Shown here: positions 18,637-28,487 of the stretch, piece by piece | Position numbering within the stretch: position 1 is the stretch's first letter | How the letters are laid out: every line of letters begins with the position of its first letter | Assembly: GCA_024685175.1 (NCBI GenBank) | Contig: JAIKWD010000016.1 | Coordinates: 54,722 to 118,721 of the forward strand | DNA length: 64,000 bases | Reading direction: 5' to 3' | Source: Bacteroidales bacterium | Lineage (GTDB): Bacteria > Bacteroidota > Bacteroidia > Bacteroidales > WCHB1-69 | Translations under genes and position numbers: made by a program | The notes under the pieces: generated by a model | What the model was told of the DNA's origin: nothing | The model's database searches: none | What the model saw: only the letters and a program-made list of their open reading frames with translations

Positions 18637-19914
18637 ATGAACAGAATCCTACTATTCGTTTTGTTTTCCATCCTGATGGGTTTTGTCTCCGCTCAACAAG
18701 ACACCTTGCGGATGATGCAGTACAACCTGATGTATTACACCAACAACTCCGGTGTTTCCGACTGCAACTCAACCACCAACAACCTTAACGACAAGGACTT
18801 GAACATCAAGACCATCTTCCGTTATGTTATGCCCGACGTCTTCTGCGTTTGCGAGATGGGAAGCAACAACACCTATGCCGACCGTTTGCTTAACAACGCC
18901 ATCAACACTGACGGCATCGACTACTACCGACGGGGCGTGCTCACCAACTACTCGGGGGGAACCATCGCCAATATGATCTACTACAACTCCCGCAAACTCT
19001 CCCCATATCAAAACTATACTATTTCCACCTCATATCGGGACATCAACGGGTACAAGATGTATTACAACTCCACAGATCTGCCAAACGGCGACACCGTGTT
19101 TATCACCTTTTGGGTGATGCATCTCAAGGCAGGCAGTTACGATGATAACGAATACGCCCGTTATGTGCAAGTGCAAAAGTTGATGAACAAAATGGTCTCT
19201 TTGGGCGCGCCGGGCAACAACATCGTGTCGGGAGACTTCAACATATACGGTGCCTCCGAGCCCGCATACCAAGAGTTGACCAATTACGACAACAGTCTCT
19301 ATCGTTTCTACGACCCCATTGACCGGCCCGGCGAGTGGAACAACAACAGCCAATTCGCCGACATCCATACGCAATCCACGCACACTGAGTCCACAGGATG
19401 TTTTTCCACCGGAGGCTTGGACGACCGTTTCGACTTCATCTTGGTTTCTCCCTATGTGTACTACGGCACCGAAGGCGTGCGCGTGCTGCCCGAAACCTAC
19501 CATGCACTCGGACAGGACGGACACCACTACAACGGGATGGTCAACCAACCGCAAAACACCGCCGTACCGACCAATGTGGCAAACGCCTTGTACAATCAGT
19601 CCGATCACTTGCCTGTTGTCACGGATTTCCTCATTGACGGACACGTAGGCGTCACCGCCCTTCAAAACGATTTCCTTCTCAAAGTGGCCAATCCTATCAC
19701 CGACCATTTGACCATCTTTTTGCACAACAACCAATCCGATCAATTTAGCTTCGATATTTATTCCATTGATGGTAAGCTCGTTTCACATTTTGACGAGACT
19801 TTGGAAGAAGGAACCCAAACCTTGGATTACCCGACTCATCTAACGCATGGTTTTTATTTCCTGAAAGTGACTAACAGCAAGGGACAGAGCCAAGTTGTGA
19901 AATTGGTGAGATAA
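18637..19914 (+). CDS. Endonuclease/exonuclease/phosphatase (EEP) family protein with T9SS C-terminal sorting domain
   Basis: Start at MNRILLFVLFSILMGFVSAQ. EEP motifs (MQYNLMYY, CEM, SGDFNIY, DRFDFILVS, SDHLPVV). The last ~80 aa (LTIFLHN...GFYFLKVTNSKGQSQVVKLVR) are CTD-like. Confidence 0.8.
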   Translation: MNRILLFVLFSILMGFVSAQQDTLRMMQYNLMYYTNNSGVSDCNSTTNNLNDKDLNIKTIFRYVMPDVFCVCEMGSNNTYADRLLNNAINTDGIDYYRRGVLTNYSGGTIANMIYYNSRKLSPYQNYTISTSYRDINGYKMYYNSTDLPNGDTVFITFWVMHLKAGSYDDNEYARYVQVQKLMNKMVSLGAPGNNIVSGDFNIYGASEPAYQELTNYDNSLYRFYDPIDRPGEWNNNSQFADIHTQSTHTESTGCFSTGGLDDRFDFILVSPYVYYGTEGVRVLPETYHALGQDGHHYNGMVNQPQNTAVPTNVANALYNQSDHLPVVTDFLIDGHVGVTALQNDFLLKVANPITDHLTIFLHNNQSDQFSFDIYSIDGKLVSHFDETLEEGTQTLDYPTHLTHGFYFLKVTNSKGQSQVVKLVR

Positions 19915-19938
19915 GCGTCGTTTTTCATTAAAAAAGTA

Positions 19939-19946
19939 TATCTTTG
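19939..19946 (+). promoter_or_regulatory. Putative -7 box (TAnnTTTG)
   Basis: TATCTTTG, 27 nt upstream of the ATG at 19974. Confidence 0.5.
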
Positions 19947-19973
19947 CGCCATATTAATCTAAAATGAATTATT

Positions 19974-20360
19974 ATGACCGCACAAATTGTTAACCGCTAT
20001 TCTGATGAAGAGTTGGAGGAATTCAGAGTCCTCATTGAGAAAAAGATTGCCGATGCCAAAAAGGCGATGGAGGTATATCAGGAGGCTTACAGTGGGGCCG
20101 GTAATGACACCATGGACACAGCCCCTACCTTCAAGAATCTGGAAGATGGCAACCAAGTGCTCTCCAAAGAGGAGAACAGTCGTTTGGCTGGCCGTCTTGA
20201 CAAATACATCAGCAATCTGGAAGCCGCTTTGGTCCGTATCGAGAACAAGACCTACGGCGTGGACCGCATCACGGGCAAACTCATCCCGAAGGAGAGACTC
20301 CGCATTGTGCCTCACGCAACTCTCGACGTGGAATCCAAACTGAACGAAAAAAAGAAGTAG
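19974..20360 (+). CDS. DksA/TraR-family regulator (Cys-poor Bacteroidota type)
   Basis: 128 aa with a coiled-coil N-terminus and KTYGVDRITGKLIPKERLRIVPHATL at the position of the zinc finger. Located directly upstream of lspA. Confidence 0.7.
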   Translation: MTAQIVNRYSDEELEEFRVLIEKKIADAKKAMEVYQEAYSGAGNDTMDTAPTFKNLEDGNQVLSKEENSRLAGRLDKYISNLEAALVRIENKTYGVDRITGKLIPKERLRIVPHATLDVESKLNEKKK

Positions 20361-20363
20361 GCT

Positions 20364-21029
20364 TTGAAAAAATCTGGGCGATATAGCATCATTGCCGCTT
20401 GTATCATCGTGGTCCTGGTCTTTTTCGACCAATGGTTGAAAATATGGGTCAAGACCAATATGACATTGGGGGAGAACATCCCCGTGCTTGGCAATTGGCT
20501 CAACTTGTTTTTCGTGGAAAACGAGGGAATGGCTTTCGGAATGAGTTTCGGCCAGAACTTCGGCAAGCTGATGCTCACGTTGATTCGCATTGCGATGGTC
20601 GTGTTCCTGTGCTGGTATATGCGCCGGCTCATCAAGCGCGACCAGATGGACGTGCCCGTGCTCGTGACCTTTAGCCTCGTCGTGGCCGGAGCATTGGGTA
20701 ACATCATCGATTGCCTCTTCTACGGCCTGGCTTTCAGCGAAAGCACCGTTACGACCGTCGCCACTCTCTTTCCGGAGGCCGGCGGCTACGCCCCCATCTT
20801 TTTCGGGAAGGTCGTGGATATGTTCTATGTCAAGTTGTTCCCCATCCCGGAAGGCTTCCCCTTCTTTGGCGGATCCTACTTCTTCCCTGCCATCTTCAAC
20901 ATCGCCGACTCCTGCGTGACCGTGGGTGTGATCTTGTTGATTGTTTTCAACAAGCGCATCTTTCGCGACCACAAGCAAGAAACAGTCACCGCCCCAGAAA
21001 CCGCTGACAACAACGCTAAATCATTATAA
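20364..21029 (+). CDS. lspA: Lipoprotein signal peptidase II
   Basis: 221 aa, multi-TM, with FFVENEGMAFGM and IGNIIDCLFYG motifs. Confidence 0.9.
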   Translation: MKKSGRYSIIAACIIVVLVFFDQWLKIWVKTNMTLGENIPVLGNWLNLFFVENEGMAFGMSFGQNFGKLMLTLIRIAMVVFLCWYMRRLIKRDQMDVPVLVTFSLVVAGALGNIIDCLFYGLAFSESTVTTVATLFPEAGGYAPIFFGKVVDMFYVKLFPIPEGFPFFGGSYFFPAIFNIADSCVTVGVILLIVFNKRIFRDHKQETVTAPETADNNAKSL

Positions 21030-21054
21030 TCATTCATAAAATAGTATCAAGACA

Positions 21055-23244
21055 ATGAAAAAACTCAAAAAAGGACTTTTGCTGTCATTGTTGACAGTTT
21101 TTTGTGCGACCACTTTCGCCATCAATCCTCCTGATGAAGGTATGTGGTTGCCGATGTTCATCAAGGACTACAACTACGCCACTATGCAGAAGTTGGGTCT
21201 CAAGCTGACTCCCGAGCAGTTGTACGACATCAACAACTCCTCGCTCAAGGATGCCATCGTGCAACTGGGCGACGGATTCTGCACCGGCGAGATGGTATCC
21301 CGCGATGGCCTGATGTTCACCAACCACCACTGCGGCTACTCCTCCGTGGTCGAACTCTCCACCGTGGAACACGACTACCTGACCAACGGCTTCTTCGCTA
21401 TGAACAAGAAAGAGGAGCTTCCCGCCAATTTCTCCGTCAACTTCCTCGAGAGAATGGAAGACGTGACGAAGACTGTCTTGCTGGACGTCACCACCAAGAT
21501 GTCCGAGGAAGAGCGCGACAAGACCATCTCCGCCGCCATCAAGAAATTGCAAAAGGAGAACTCCGAAAACGGCCGTTACAAAGTTGTGGTGAAACCCTTC
21601 TACGAGGGCAATGAATACTATATGTTCATCTACACCACATACGAGGATGTGCGCTTGGTTTGCGCTCCGCCCAGTGCCATCGGCAAATTCGGTGGCGACA
21701 CCGACAACTGGATGTGGCCTCGCCATACGGGCGACTTCACCGTGTTCCGCATCTACACCGCCCCGGACGGCTCTCCCGCCAAATATGACGAGAAAAATGT
21801 CCCCTTCCATCCCAAACACTATCTGCCTATCAGCTTGAAAGGCTACCAACCCAACGACTACACTATGATCTGGGGTTATCCCGGCACCACCGAGCGTTTC
21901 AAGACCTCCTACGAAGTGCAGAACTCCATCAACATTGAAGGCCCCGGCATCTATGAACCCCTCGACATCTTGTTGCCCGTCATCAACGACGCAATGAACG
22001 CCGACGAAGCCGTTCGCCTTAAATATGCCGACGACTATGCCAGCCTTGCCAACACCTGGAAGAACCAAAAGGGTATGGTGGCCAGTCTCAAAGCCCTCAA
22101 GGTTGTGGAAACCAAGCAAAAACAAGAAAAAGAGCTTACCAAATGGATCAACGCCGGCAAGAGCCGCGAAGAGCTCTATGGCAACTGTTTGGATGAAATC
22201 AAAAGAGCAAGCGAAAACATTGACGGCAACGCCTACAAGGCAATGATGGACGCCAATATGATGCTCTACTCCTCCGCCACCCTGCTCACCGCTTGGCGTA
22301 CCCACAACAATATGACACTCCAAAAGGGCGAAAAGGCCTTCACTGACAAGAAAATCGAATCCTTGACCGCTGTGTACGACAAGAACCTCAACAACAAGGA
22401 TTTGGAGACCGAAATCCAAGTCATTTTGGCCTCTTTGAAAATCTGGAAGAACGTGCCCGAGAGCTATCGCCCCAATCTTGATGAGTTGCTCAAACCTTAC
22501 AAAGGCAGCACCGAGAAGTTCGAACAAGCCGTACGCAATTCCATCTTCATCTCAAAGGACAACTTCGAGGCTTTCTTGCAGAAACCTTCCAACAAGGTCT
22601 TGGAGAAGGATCCTATCCACCGCTACCTGCAATCCCTGATGGGTGTTATCATAGCCAACCAACACATCTATGAAGATATGAGCAAGTTGGATGTTCCCCG
22701 CCGCACCTATCTGGCCGCTTTGAAGGCAATGAACGAGGACACGCCGATGTACCCTGACGCCAACAGCACGATGCGTACCACCTATGGTACCGTTTGCGAC
22801 TACTATCCTGCCGATGGCGTGCACTACAACTACTTCACCACGACCAAGGGAATCTTGGAGAAAGAGATTCCAGGCGATCCCGAGTTCGACGTACCGGCCA
22901 AGTTGAAACAGCTGATCGAGAACAAGGATTTCGGCGACTATCTTGACGCCGACGGCTCTATGCACGTCTGCTTCCTCTCCAACAACGACATCACTGGCGG
23001 CAATTCCGGCAGTCCGATTATGAACGGCAACGGCGAACTTATCGGCCTCGCCTTCGACGGCAACTGGGAAGCCTTGAGCAGCGACATCGTGTTCAACACC
23101 GAACTGCAACGCTGTATCAACGTGGACGTCCGCTACGTGCTCTTCGTCATCGACAAGTTCGGCGGCGCTGGCTACCTGTTGAAAGAAATGGATATCCGCA
23201 AGAACGTGGAATCCACCACACCAATCAGCACGCTTCCCGAATAG
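21055..23244 (+). CDS. S46 family dipeptidyl-peptidase (DPP7/DPP11-like)
   Basis: 729 aa with a signal peptide. PPDEGMWLP N-terminus, TNHHCGY and GGNSGSPIMNGNGELIGLAFDGN catalytic contexts. Confidence 0.9.
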   Translation: MKKLKKGLLLSLLTVFCATTFAINPPDEGMWLPMFIKDYNYATMQKLGLKLTPEQLYDINNSSLKDAIVQLGDGFCTGEMVSRDGLMFTNHHCGYSSVVELSTVEHDYLTNGFFAMNKKEELPANFSVNFLERMEDVTKTVLLDVTTKMSEEERDKTISAAIKKLQKENSENGRYKVVVKPFYEGNEYYMFIYTTYEDVRLVCAPPSAIGKFGGDTDNWMWPRHTGDFTVFRIYTAPDGSPAKYDEKNVPFHPKHYLPISLKGYQPNDYTMIWGYPGTTERFKTSYEVQNSINIEGPGIYEPLDILLPVINDAMNADEAVRLKYADDYASLANTWKNQKGMVASLKALKVVETKQKQEKELTKWINAGKSREELYGNCLDEIKRASENIDGNAYKAMMDANMMLYSSATLLTAWRTHNNMTLQKGEKAFTDKKIESLTAVYDKNLNNKDLETEIQVILASLKIWKNVPESYRPNLDELLKPYKGSTEKFEQAVRNSIFISKDNFEAFLQKPSNKVLEKDPIHRYLQSLMGVIIANQHIYEDMSKLDVPRRTYLAALKAMNEDTPMYPDANSTMRTTYGTVCDYYPADGVHYNYFTTTKGILEKEIPGDPEFDVPAKLKQLIENKDFGDYLDADGSMHVCFLSNNDITGGNSGSPIMNGNGELIGLAFDGNWEALSSDIVFNTELQRCINVDVRYVLFVIDKFGGAGYLLKEMDIRKNVESTTPISTLPE

Positions 23245-23262
23245 GAACGTACAGTTTGAAAC

Positions 23263-23297
23263 AAAAAAGCCTCTCGCAATGCGGGAGGCTTTTTTTA
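23263..23297. terminator. Bidirectional rho-independent terminator (S46 peptidase / valS unit convergent)
   Basis: AGCCTCTCGC-AAT-GCGGGAGGCT 10-bp stem flanked by A6 and T7. Confidence 0.85.
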
Positions 23298-23320
23298 TCA
23301 GTAGTTGTAAAAAAAATCTA

Positions 23321-23500
23321 TTATTCCTTTCCCTTCTCCATCTTCTTTCTCTTGCGCTCAAGCAAGGCATAGCCAAGCCAATAGGCAAGGGTAACGGCAA
23401 GGGTAATACCCACCATAATGGGAAAGCGTTCGGCGATATCGATGAACATAAACGGCACCAAGCACACGGCAAGGATGATGAAATAACGCAATACGGCCAT
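23321..23500 (-). CDS. Possible 59-aa two-TM membrane peptide downstream of valS
   Basis: Distal part of ORF 23321..23659. MAVLRYFIILAVCLVPFMFIDIAERFPIMVGITLAVTLAYWLGYALLERKRKKMEKGKE. Its ATG lies 1 nt after the valS stop, and it sits before the terminator. No family recognised. Confidence 0.4.
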   Translation of the reverse strand: MAVLRYFIILAVCLVPFMFIDIAERFPIMVGITLAVTLAYWLGYALLERKRKKMEKGKE

Positions 23501-23501
23501 C

Positions 23502-26132
23502 TTATTGGAGTTTTGAGATTTGTTCCTTGAGGAGGCGGATTTTCTCCTCGGCATCGGCTTGTTTCTTGCGTTCCATCTCCACCACGTTCTGCGGGGCGTT
23601 GGCCACGAAACGTTCGTTGGAGAGTTTCTTGAGCACGCCTTGCAGGAATCCTTCCGCATATTTCAATTCGGCCTGCAACTTCTTGATTTCTTCTCCGGCG
23701 TCAACCAAGCCCTCCAATGGCACGGAGTATTTGGTCTGGCTTTCGATGAACGAGGCGCCTTGCACTTCAGTACTTTCAGCCACGTGTTCGATTTTGTCCA
23801 CGTTGGCCAGTTTGCGGATGACGGCCTCCAACTCTTCGTTGACGGGACGCTCGTCGTGCACCATCAGGGTGAGGGCATTTTTCGGGGCGATATTCTTCTC
23901 GGAGCGGATGTGTCGCACCTGTTCGATGATGCTACGTGTGGCAGCAAAGTCATCGAGAAGAGACTTGTTGACGGGCTTGACGTCGGGCATCTGCGAGAGC
24001 ATCAAGGCCTCGCCATCGGCACGGTCGCGAAGGGCGTGCCACAACTCTTCCGTGATGAAGGGCATAAACGGATGCATTATGGTCACCAACGTCTCGAAGA
24101 TGTTGGTGATGTCGCTGAATGTCTTGCCATCGACAGGCTGTTGGAAGCCAGGCTTGACAATCTCGAGGAAGCAGGAGCAGAAGTCGTCCCACACCAACTT
24201 GTAGATGGCCATCAAGGCCTCCGAAAGTTTGTAGTTGGCGAAATCCTCTTCCATATCGGTGAGCACCTCGTTGATGCGTTCGCGCATCCACTCGACGGCC
24301 ACCTTGGTGTGCGGCGGTTGCGGCAGGTTGGCATCGACGGTCCAACCCTTTACCAGGCGGAAAGCGTTCCACACCTTGTTGTTGAAGTTGCGGCCCTGCT
24401 CGCACAAAGACTCGTCAAAGAGCAGGTCGTTGCCAGCGGGCGAACTCAACAGCATACCGAAACGCACACCGTCGGCGCCGTATTTCTCCATCAACATAAT
24501 GGGATCGGGCGAGTTACCAAGCGACTTGGACATCTTACGGTGTAGTTTGTCGCGCACCGTGCCCGTGAAATAGACATCCTTGAACGGAATGTCGCCGCGC
24601 CACTCTATGCCGGCCATAATCATTCGGGCCACCCAGAAGAAGATAATGTCGGGCGCCGTAATGAGGGCAGAGGTGGGATAGTAGTACTTGATTTCCGGAT
24701 TGTCGGGCTTGCGAATACCATCAAACACAGAAAGCGGCCAAAGCCAAGAGGAAAACCAAGTGTCCATCACGTCTTCGTCCTGCTTAAGGTCGTCTTTCGT
24801 GAGGTTGAGTTCGGGATATTTCTGTTTGGCGATATTGAGAGCCTCGTCCACGTTGTGGGCCACCACAAACTCTTGGTTGGGCAGGTAATAGGCCGGAATG
24901 CGGTGTCCCCACCACAACTGACGGCTGATGCACCAGTCTTTCACATTCTCCATCCAGTGGGAATAGGTGTTCTTGAATTTTTCGGGATAGAACTTGATGT
25001 GGTTGTCCATCACGGCCTTGAGGGCGGGCTTGGCCATCTCGTCCATCTTGCAGAACCATTGCAACGAGAGCTTGGGCTCGATGACCTCGTTGGTACGCTC
25101 GGAAAAGCCGACTTTGTTGGTATAGTCTTCGATTTTTACGAGACTGCCGGCCTCTTCCAGCATCGGGATAATGGCCTTGCGGGCCTCGAAGCGGTCCATA
25201 CCGACCAAGAACTGGGCGTTCTCGCTGAGTGTGCCATTATCATTGAAGATGTTGATGGTCTCCAAATGATGCTTGATGCCGAGGTTGTAGTCGTTGATGT
25301 CATGCGCGGGCGTGATTTTCAGTGCACCCGTGCCGAACTCGCGCTCCACGTACTCATCGTAAATAAGTGGGATGGAACGGTTTACAAGGGGCACGATGGC
25401 ACGTTTGCCCTTATACTTGGCGTAGCGCTCGTCTTCGGGATGCATACAGATGGCGGTATCGCCGAGTATGGTCTCGGGACGCGTGGTGGCGATGGTGATG
25501 TATTCGCCCGGCTCGCCTTCGATGGCATAGCGCACATAGTACAATTTCGACTGCAGTTCCTTATACACAACCTCTTCGTCGGAGACGGCGGTCAAGGCCT
25601 TGGGGTCCCAGTTGACCATTCGCACGCCACGATAGATCTTGCCTTTGTTGTAAAGATCGACAAATATATCCGTGACAGCTTCCGACAGGTCCGCATCCAT
25701 CGTGAACTTGGTACGGTCCCAGTCGCAGGAAGCACCCAGTTTGCGGAGTTGTTTGAGGATAATGCCGCCGTGTTTCTCCTTCCACTGCCAAGCATATTCG
25801 AGAAACTGCTCACGGGTAAGGTCTTTCTTGTCGATACCTTGTTCCTTGAGAAAATTCACCACTTTTGCTTCCGTGGCGATGGAGGCGTGGTCGGTGCCGG
25901 GTACCCACACCGCGTTGAAGCCGCGCATACGGGCGCGACGGACCAGGACGTCCTGGATGGTGTTATTGAGCATATGTCCCATATGCAGCACGCCCGTCAC
26001 GTTTGGCGGCGGGATGACAATGCTGTATGCCGGACGGCTGTCGGGCTCGGAGTGGAACATACGATGGTCGGTCCAATATTGGTACCATTTGTCTTCAACT
26101 GCTTGCGGGTCGTATTTGGATGCTAATGTCAT
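23502..26132 (-). CDS. valS: Valine--tRNA ligase
   Basis: HIGH-type ([10 protein letters not shown]) and KMSKS motifs plus a C-terminal coiled coil. Start moved to [20 protein letters not shown] (second Met), which removes a 19-nt overlap with purC. Confidence 0.97.
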   Translation of the reverse strand: MTLASKYDPQAVEDKWYQYWTDHRMFHSEPDSRPAYSIVIPPPNVTGVLHMGHMLNNTIQDVLVRRARMRGFNAVWVPGTDHASIATEAKVVNFLKEQGIDKKDLTREQFLEYAWQWKEKHGGIILKQLRKLGASCDWDRTKFTMDADLSEAVTDIFVDLYNKGKIYRGVRMVNWDPKALTAVSDEEVVYKELQSKLYYVRYAIEGEPGEYITIATTRPETILGDTAICMHPEDERYAKYKGKRAIVPLVNRSIPLIYDEYVEREFGTGALKITPAHDINDYNLGIKHHLETINIFNDNGTLSENAQFLVGMDRFEARKAIIPMLEEAGSLVKIEDYTNKVGFSERTNEVIEPKLSLQWFCKMDEMAKPALKAVMDNHIKFYPEKFKNTYSHWMENVKDWCISRQLWWGHRIPAYYLPNQEFVVAHNVDEALNIAKQKYPELNLTKDDLKQDEDVMDTWFSSWLWPLSVFDGIRKPDNPEIKYYYPTSALITAPDIIFFWVARMIMAGIEWRGDIPFKDVYFTGTVRDKLHRKMSKSLGNSPDPIMLMEKYGADGVRFGMLLSSPAGNDLLFDESLCEQGRNFNNKVWNAFRLVKGWTVDANLPQPPHTKVAVEWMRERINEVLTDMEEDFANYKLSEALMAIYKLVWDDFCSCFLEIVKPGFQQPVDGKTFSDITNIFETLVTIMHPFMPFITEELWHALRDRADGEALMLSQMPDVKPVNKSLLDDFAATRSIIEQVRHIRSEKNIAPKNALTLMVHDERPVNEELEAVIRKLANVDKIEHVAESTEVQGASFIESQTKYSVPLEGLVDAGEEIKKLQAELKYAEGFLQGVLKKLSNERFVANAPQNVVEMERKKQADAEEKIRLLKEQISKLQ

Positions 26133-26134
26133 AT

Positions 26135-27082
26135 TTATCTGTTGTTTAGCCAATTGGTTACGTTTTGGTTAATGCGTGCTTCAGCGGCTTCCGTGTCGGC
26201 AGGCACGAATTTCTCGCCGACGATGTTCTCGTAGAGTTCGATATAGCGGTTGGTGATGCCGTTGACCACTTCGGGAGTCATCTCGGGTACTTGTTGGCCC
26301 TGTTGGCCCTGGAAGCCGTTGGCCATCAGCCATTCGCGCACAAACTCCTTGGAGAGTTGCTTTTGGGGCTTTCCTTGCGCAAAGTTCTCCTCGTAGCCTT
26401 TGGCATAGAAGTAGCGGGAGGAGTCGGGCGTATGGATTTCGTCAATCAGGTAGATCTTGCCGTCGGCCTTACCGAATTCATACTTGGTGTCCACGAGGAT
26501 GAGTCCCTGCTTGGCGGCGATCTCGGTGCCGCGTTGGAACAGCTTCATCGTATAGTCCTCGATGACGGCGTAGTCTTCGGGGGTGACGAGGCCTTGGGCC
26601 AGGATTTCCTCCTTGGAAATGTCGGCGTCGTGTTCGCCCTGCTCAGCCTTGGTGGTCGGGGTGATGATGGGCGTGGGGAATTTTTGGTTCTCTTTCATCC
26701 CTTCGGGCAGGATGTTGCCACAGAGGTTGCGACCGCCGTTCTTGTAGAAACGCCAAGCGCTGCCGCAGAGATAGCCGCGCACGATCATCTCAACGGGGAA
26801 GCCCTTGCACAAGATGCCCGCCGTGACCATCGGGTCGGGCGTGGCCAACTTCCAGTTGGGGCAGATGTCTTGCGTGGCATCCAAGAAACGGGCCGCAATC
26901 TGGTTCAGAATCTGGCCCTTGCTGGGAATACCTTTCGGCAAGATTACATCGAAAGCCGAAATACGGTCGGTGGCGACCATCACAAGGATCTTGTCGTCAA
27001 TATTATACACATCGCGGACTTTGCCGTGATAAACGCTTTTTTGTTTCGGAAAATGGAAATCCGTATGGGTTATGGCTGCCAT
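26135..27082 (-). CDS. purC: Phosphoribosylaminoimidazole-succinocarboxamide (SAICAR) synthase
   Basis: 315 aa, YHGKVRDVY...[13 protein letters not shown]... Confidence 0.95.
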   Translation of the reverse strand: MAAITHTDFHFPKQKSVYHGKVRDVYNIDDKILVMVATDRISAFDVILPKGIPSKGQILNQIAARFLDATQDICPNWKLATPDPMVTAGILCKGFPVEMIVRGYLCGSAWRFYKNGGRNLCGNILPEGMKENQKFPTPIITPTTKAEQGEHDADISKEEILAQGLVTPEDYAVIEDYTMKLFQRGTEIAAKQGLILVDTKYEFGKADGKIYLIDEIHTPDSSRYFYAKGYEENFAQGKPQKQLSKEFVREWLMANGFQGQQGQQVPEMTPEVVNGITNRYIELYENIVGEKFVPADTEAAEARINQNVTNWLNNR

Positions 27083-27112
27083 TTTTTATTTTTTAAAAGA
27101 TTGATTTTTAAA

Positions 27113-28345
27113 TTATTTCAAGTTTTCTACCGCTTGTTTGATACGGCGGCAGGCCTCCTTGAGCTTGTCCTCGGAGGTGGCGTAGGAGAGACGGATGCAG
27201 TCGTCGTCGCCGAAGGCGCTGCCTTGCACGGTGGAGACGCTGGCATCGAGCAACAGGTAGAACGCCAAGTCCTTGGAGTTCTCCAAGAGAGTCTTGCCGT
27301 ATTGCTTTGCAAACTCGGAATCGGCAGGTACGTTCTTGCCGTAGAGTGATTTAACCTTCGGGAAGAAATAGAAGGCGCCTTGCGGCAGACATACTTCGAA
27401 TCCGGGGATTTCTTTCAACAGACTATAAACGAGGTCTCTTCTCTGTTTGAAGGTATTGCGCATTTGGATGATATCCTCGGAAGTCTTGGGATCCATTTCC
27501 ATCGCGCGCAGGGCGGCGCGTTGGGAGATGGAGCCGGTAGCGGACGTGATCTGGCCCTGCATCTTGGAGCAAGCCTTGGCCACCTCAACGGGTGCGCCGA
27601 TGAAACCGATACGCCAACCGGTCATAGCAAAACCCTTGGCCACACCGTTCACGGTAACCACTTGGTCCTTGATGAAATCGAATTGGGCGATGCTCTCGTG
27701 ACCGCCTACGAAGTTGATGTGCTCGTAGATCTCGTCGGCCATAATCATCATTTGGGGATGACGGCTCACCACCTCGGCGATGGCACGCAGTTCATCCTTG
27801 GTATACACCATACCCGTGGGGTTGGAAGGACTGCTGAACATCATCAACTTGGTGTTGGGTGTGATGGCGGCTTCCAGTTGCTCGGGAGTTACCTTGAAAT
27901 CGTTTTCCAACTTGGCGGGCACGTATACGCATTTGGCTCCGGCCATTTCGGCGATGGCACGATAGGAGACCCAATAGGGAGTCGGAATAAGCACCTCTTC
28001 ACCAGGGTTCACCAAAGCCATTACGGTTTGGAAGATGGATTGCTTGCCGCCTGTGGAGACCACGATTTGGTTGGTGGCATAGTCCAGGTTGTTGTCGCGT
28101 TTGAACTTGGCGCTGATGGCCTTGAGCAGGTCTGCATAACCCGGCACCGGCGGATAATGCGTAAAGTTGTCGTCGATAGCTTGTTTTGCGTACTCCTTGA
28201 CCGTTTCGGGAGTGTTGAAATCAGGTTCGCCGATGCTCAAACTGATGACATCTTTGCCTTTATCCTTCAGCTCACGAGCCAAGGCGGTCATAGCCAACGT
28301 TTCGGACGCGGCCATTGTGGTAACTCTTCTAGAAAGTCTTTCCAT
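27113..28345 (-). CDS. PLP-dependent aminotransferase, class I (aspartate aminotransferase-like)
   Basis: 410 aa, LSIGEPDFNTP, SSPSNPTG, and a SxxKxxxMTGWRIG-type Lys context (GVAKGFAMTGWRIGF). Confidence 0.85.
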   Translation of the reverse strand: MERLSRRVTTMAASETLAMTALARELKDKGKDVISLSIGEPDFNTPETVKEYAKQAIDDNFTHYPPVPGYADLLKAISAKFKRDNNLDYATNQIVVSTGGKQSIFQTVMALVNPGEEVLIPTPYWVSYRAIAEMAGAKCVYVPAKLENDFKVTPEQLEAAITPNTKLMMFSSPSNPTGMVYTKDELRAIAEVVSRHPQMMIMADEIYEHINFVGGHESIAQFDFIKDQVVTVNGVAKGFAMTGWRIGFIGAPVEVAKACSKMQGQITSATGSISQRAALRAMEMDPKTSEDIIQMRNTFKQRRDLVYSLLKEIPGFEVCLPQGAFYFFPKVKSLYGKNVPADSEFAKQYGKTLLENSKDLAFYLLLDASVSTVQGSAFGDDDCIRLSYATSEDKLKEACRRIKQAVENLK

Positions 28346-28391
28346 AAATATGTGTATGTTTAGTAATTAATTAGCCTTTTTTTCAAGGCCG

Positions 28392-28399
28392 CAAAGATA
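28392..28399 (-). promoter_or_regulatory. Putative -7 box (TAnnTTTG)
   Basis: Minus strand TATCTTTG, 46 nt upstream of the aminotransferase ATG. Confidence 0.5.
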
Positions 28400-28400
28400 C

Positions 28401-28453
28401 GAAAAATAAGTTGTCGGTGAAGACGGCTTTTACACGGTCTCCACCGACAACTT
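28401..28453 (-). terminator. Terminator of the 864-aa gene
   Basis: Minus strand AAGTTGTCGGTG...CACCGACAACTT, a 12-bp stem with a long loop, followed by ATTTTTC. A second small hairpin AGCACT-GCGT-AGTGCT lies at about 28466-28481. Confidence 0.6.
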
Positions 28454-28487
28454 ACAGGGGATAAAGCACTACGCAGTGCTATGAGCT

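Noticed and set aside
19974-20360. DksA/TraR homologue lacking the four zinc-finger cysteines
   Set aside because: As far as I recall, Cys-poor DksA-like proteins upstream of lspA are the normal Bacteroidota form, so this is probably not unusual.
23501-23659. Upstream part of ORF 23321..23659 (112 aa) overlapping the valS 3' end
   Set aside because: It is an out-of-frame overlap with valS and gives a low-complexity Arg/Ser/Lys-rich translation. Only the distal 59-aa membrane peptide is kept, and at low confidence.
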